DNA of 64,000 bases from Phaeosaccion multiseriatum (Eukaryota; Protista; Ochrophyta, other classes), in contig OZ218956.1 of the NCBI GenBank assembly GCA_965112735.1, positions 248,001 to 312,000 of the forward strand. Reading direction: 5' to 3'. Each line of letters begins with the position of its first letter. The first letter of the stretch is position 1. Of this stretch, positions 62,273 through 64,000 are shown piece after piece. The notes under the pieces were generated by a model, which made no database searches, was not told the origin of the DNA, and saw only the letters and a list, made by a program, of their open reading frames with translations. Position numbers and translations under genes: made by a program.

Positions 62273-63664
62273 CGTAGCATACCTCACTTTCGAGGGGCTG
62301 AGAGGGACTCCGGGGCGTGGTGTTTGCTGACTTCCTCTTCATGACAAGGTGGGCGGGGTGGGCGGTCGTATGGGTGCGGTCTGGGGGCTTGCTTGGAGGA
62401 GAGAGACAAGAGAGAATACATGCCAAAAGGTCAGGTCCATCTCTTGTGTCTGGGCACTGGGTGCACTGTATAGCAGCTGTTCGTCTCGAGCTGCGCACGA
62501 GCCCGCCCCAGGCACAGCACAGCATTGCCGTGGTGCCAACCGCAGCAGGAGTAGCTGCAGCCGGACAAGCAGTGGCAGTGGCAGGAGCAGCAGTTGGTGA
62601 TATAGAAGCATTGGGGGGGGGGGGGGGCGTGCGAAGGAAGCCCGAGAATGGCCCTGAGAGTGGTCTTGGTACAAAAGCCAGCTGCGAGTCCTCGCAAAGG
62701 CAAGTATGGCCGGGGCGAGCCTGCCCCTCTCTGTGGCACTGAAACGGCGGAGCTAAACAGGCACCAAAGGTAACCACTTCTTTCGCGAGTGGTACAATGG
62801 TGGTACTGTGGTGGTACAGGGCAAGCCTAGCGGTAGGACGGAGGGCAACGGTCCAGTGGGGGGCGTGCACAGAAGCGACGGATGAAGAAGCTGGACCGGG
62901 GTGTCCGGACTTGGAAGGGCGCCGAACGTCTTCGATGGGTGGGCAGTGGGTGGGTAGCCCTCCTTCCTTTCTTCCTTCCAGCAGCGGAACAGGGCAAGGC
63001 GAGCTTTGGGCGGGCTGCATGGGGCGTTCTTCTTTTCCACCGTACAGTAGGGACCCTGGAGCCGCTGCAGAGTCGGCAAAGTGAGTGCGGTGGTAGCGCA
63101 AGGGGCCCTCCCTCCGTCCCTCCCCTGTTCCCGAGAGCCCCGTCGACATGTGCAGGGTTGGCAGCAAGCCGTGTCCCGCTTCTTCGCCTCTCGGCGCCAG
63201 GGGGTGAAGTAAGCTACTGCTTCTTGGCCGCTGCACTGTGGCCTTTGTGGCTGCTGGGGTGAGATGTTGTGTCCTGTGTGTTGACTACGAGCAGGGACCA
63301 CCCCACCTCCACCCCCCCCGGCCAAGGGAAGAAGGGGGCACTCTGGGACTGCGCATGCGTCGCGTCCCTGCCCTTGCCCCGGGGGGTCGGACACGCACGC
63401 ACCTACGCTCTTGCTGGGCGTGCTGTGGACCGCCATGGAGGGGCCATGGAGGGCTCTGGATCAAAACAGACAGTGCGTTTGCGTTCAACACATAGAGACA
63501 GAGGTTGGGAGGCTGACCTCCGCTCAGGAAGAATCGAATATCCTTTCAAGTGTCCTTATCGAGATCTGATAGAGGCCCCGGCCCGACCCTCGGCAAGAGT
63601 TAAGACAAAAGATGGTAGCCGAGTAGCACATTAGCGCCCTACGCCTTGCCCCCTCCTCCTCTCC

Positions 63665-64000
63665 TCATAGGTACACCCTGTTGCTGTCTTGCCCCTCGCA
63701 GCCCTCTCGACCCAGCACCCCTTTGGCCGGCACTGCCTGCCCTGGCGCTGCCTCCCCTGCCACTGCTGCCAGGCTGACGTCGCTGCTGATCGGCGACGGT
63801 GCTGCGGTGTGGCCTTCCCCCTCGGCCTGCTCGTTCACCACCTTGTTGCTTGCCTGTTCCAGGGATTGCCCATCCCCCCTCTCCCCGTCCTCCTCCTCCT
63901 CCTCCTCCTCCTCCTCCTCCTCCTCCTCCTCCTCCTCCTCCTCCTCCTCCTCCTCCTCCTCCTCCTCCTCCTCCTCCTCCTCCTCTTCCCCCTCCTCCAC
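63665..64000 (-). other. Possible 3' coding segment of a gene starting beyond the window; (GAG)n poly-Glu tract
   Basis: Open frame with a long Glu run from a (CCT)n repeat at ~63888-64000; no recognisable domain. Confidence 0.3.

Noticed and set aside
62151-63634. Several overlapping ORFs up to 361 aa downstream of YIF1
   Set aside because: No recognisable domain or consistent exon structure; could be UTR or exons of the next gene but cannot be supported.

Overview
GC-rich, intron-containing eukaryotic DNA, probably a stramenopile (inferred from the inversely fused OMPDC-OPRT gene). Genes form strict head-to-head pairs: Sec7/BIG ARF-GEF(-)/hypothetical(+); ENT nucleoside transporter(-)/EMC1(+); ParA-like ATPase(-)/Fused-STK36 kinase(+); OMPDC-OPRT(-)/RGS protein(+); Obg GTPase(-)/YIF1(+). 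An intron-containing tRNA-Thr(UGU) lies at 7361-7456. The centre (14752-45042) is a tandem array of five nearly identical ~5,246-bp units plus a diverged sixth unit. The only intact gene in the amplified units is a spliced, bacterial-type ParA/Soj ATPase whose KGGSGKS Walker A is assembled from a 28-nt micro-exon and which has a basic NLS-like N-terminus. The kinase is broken in units 1-5, whereas unit 6 has an intact kinase and a destroyed ParA. Separately, a 13-bp DNA word, CAGTTGGTG(A/G)TAC, is strongly over-represented and occurs on both strands, in exons in all five stop-free reading frames, and in introns. All exon boundaries and motif counts were read by eye, without alignment or database searches.
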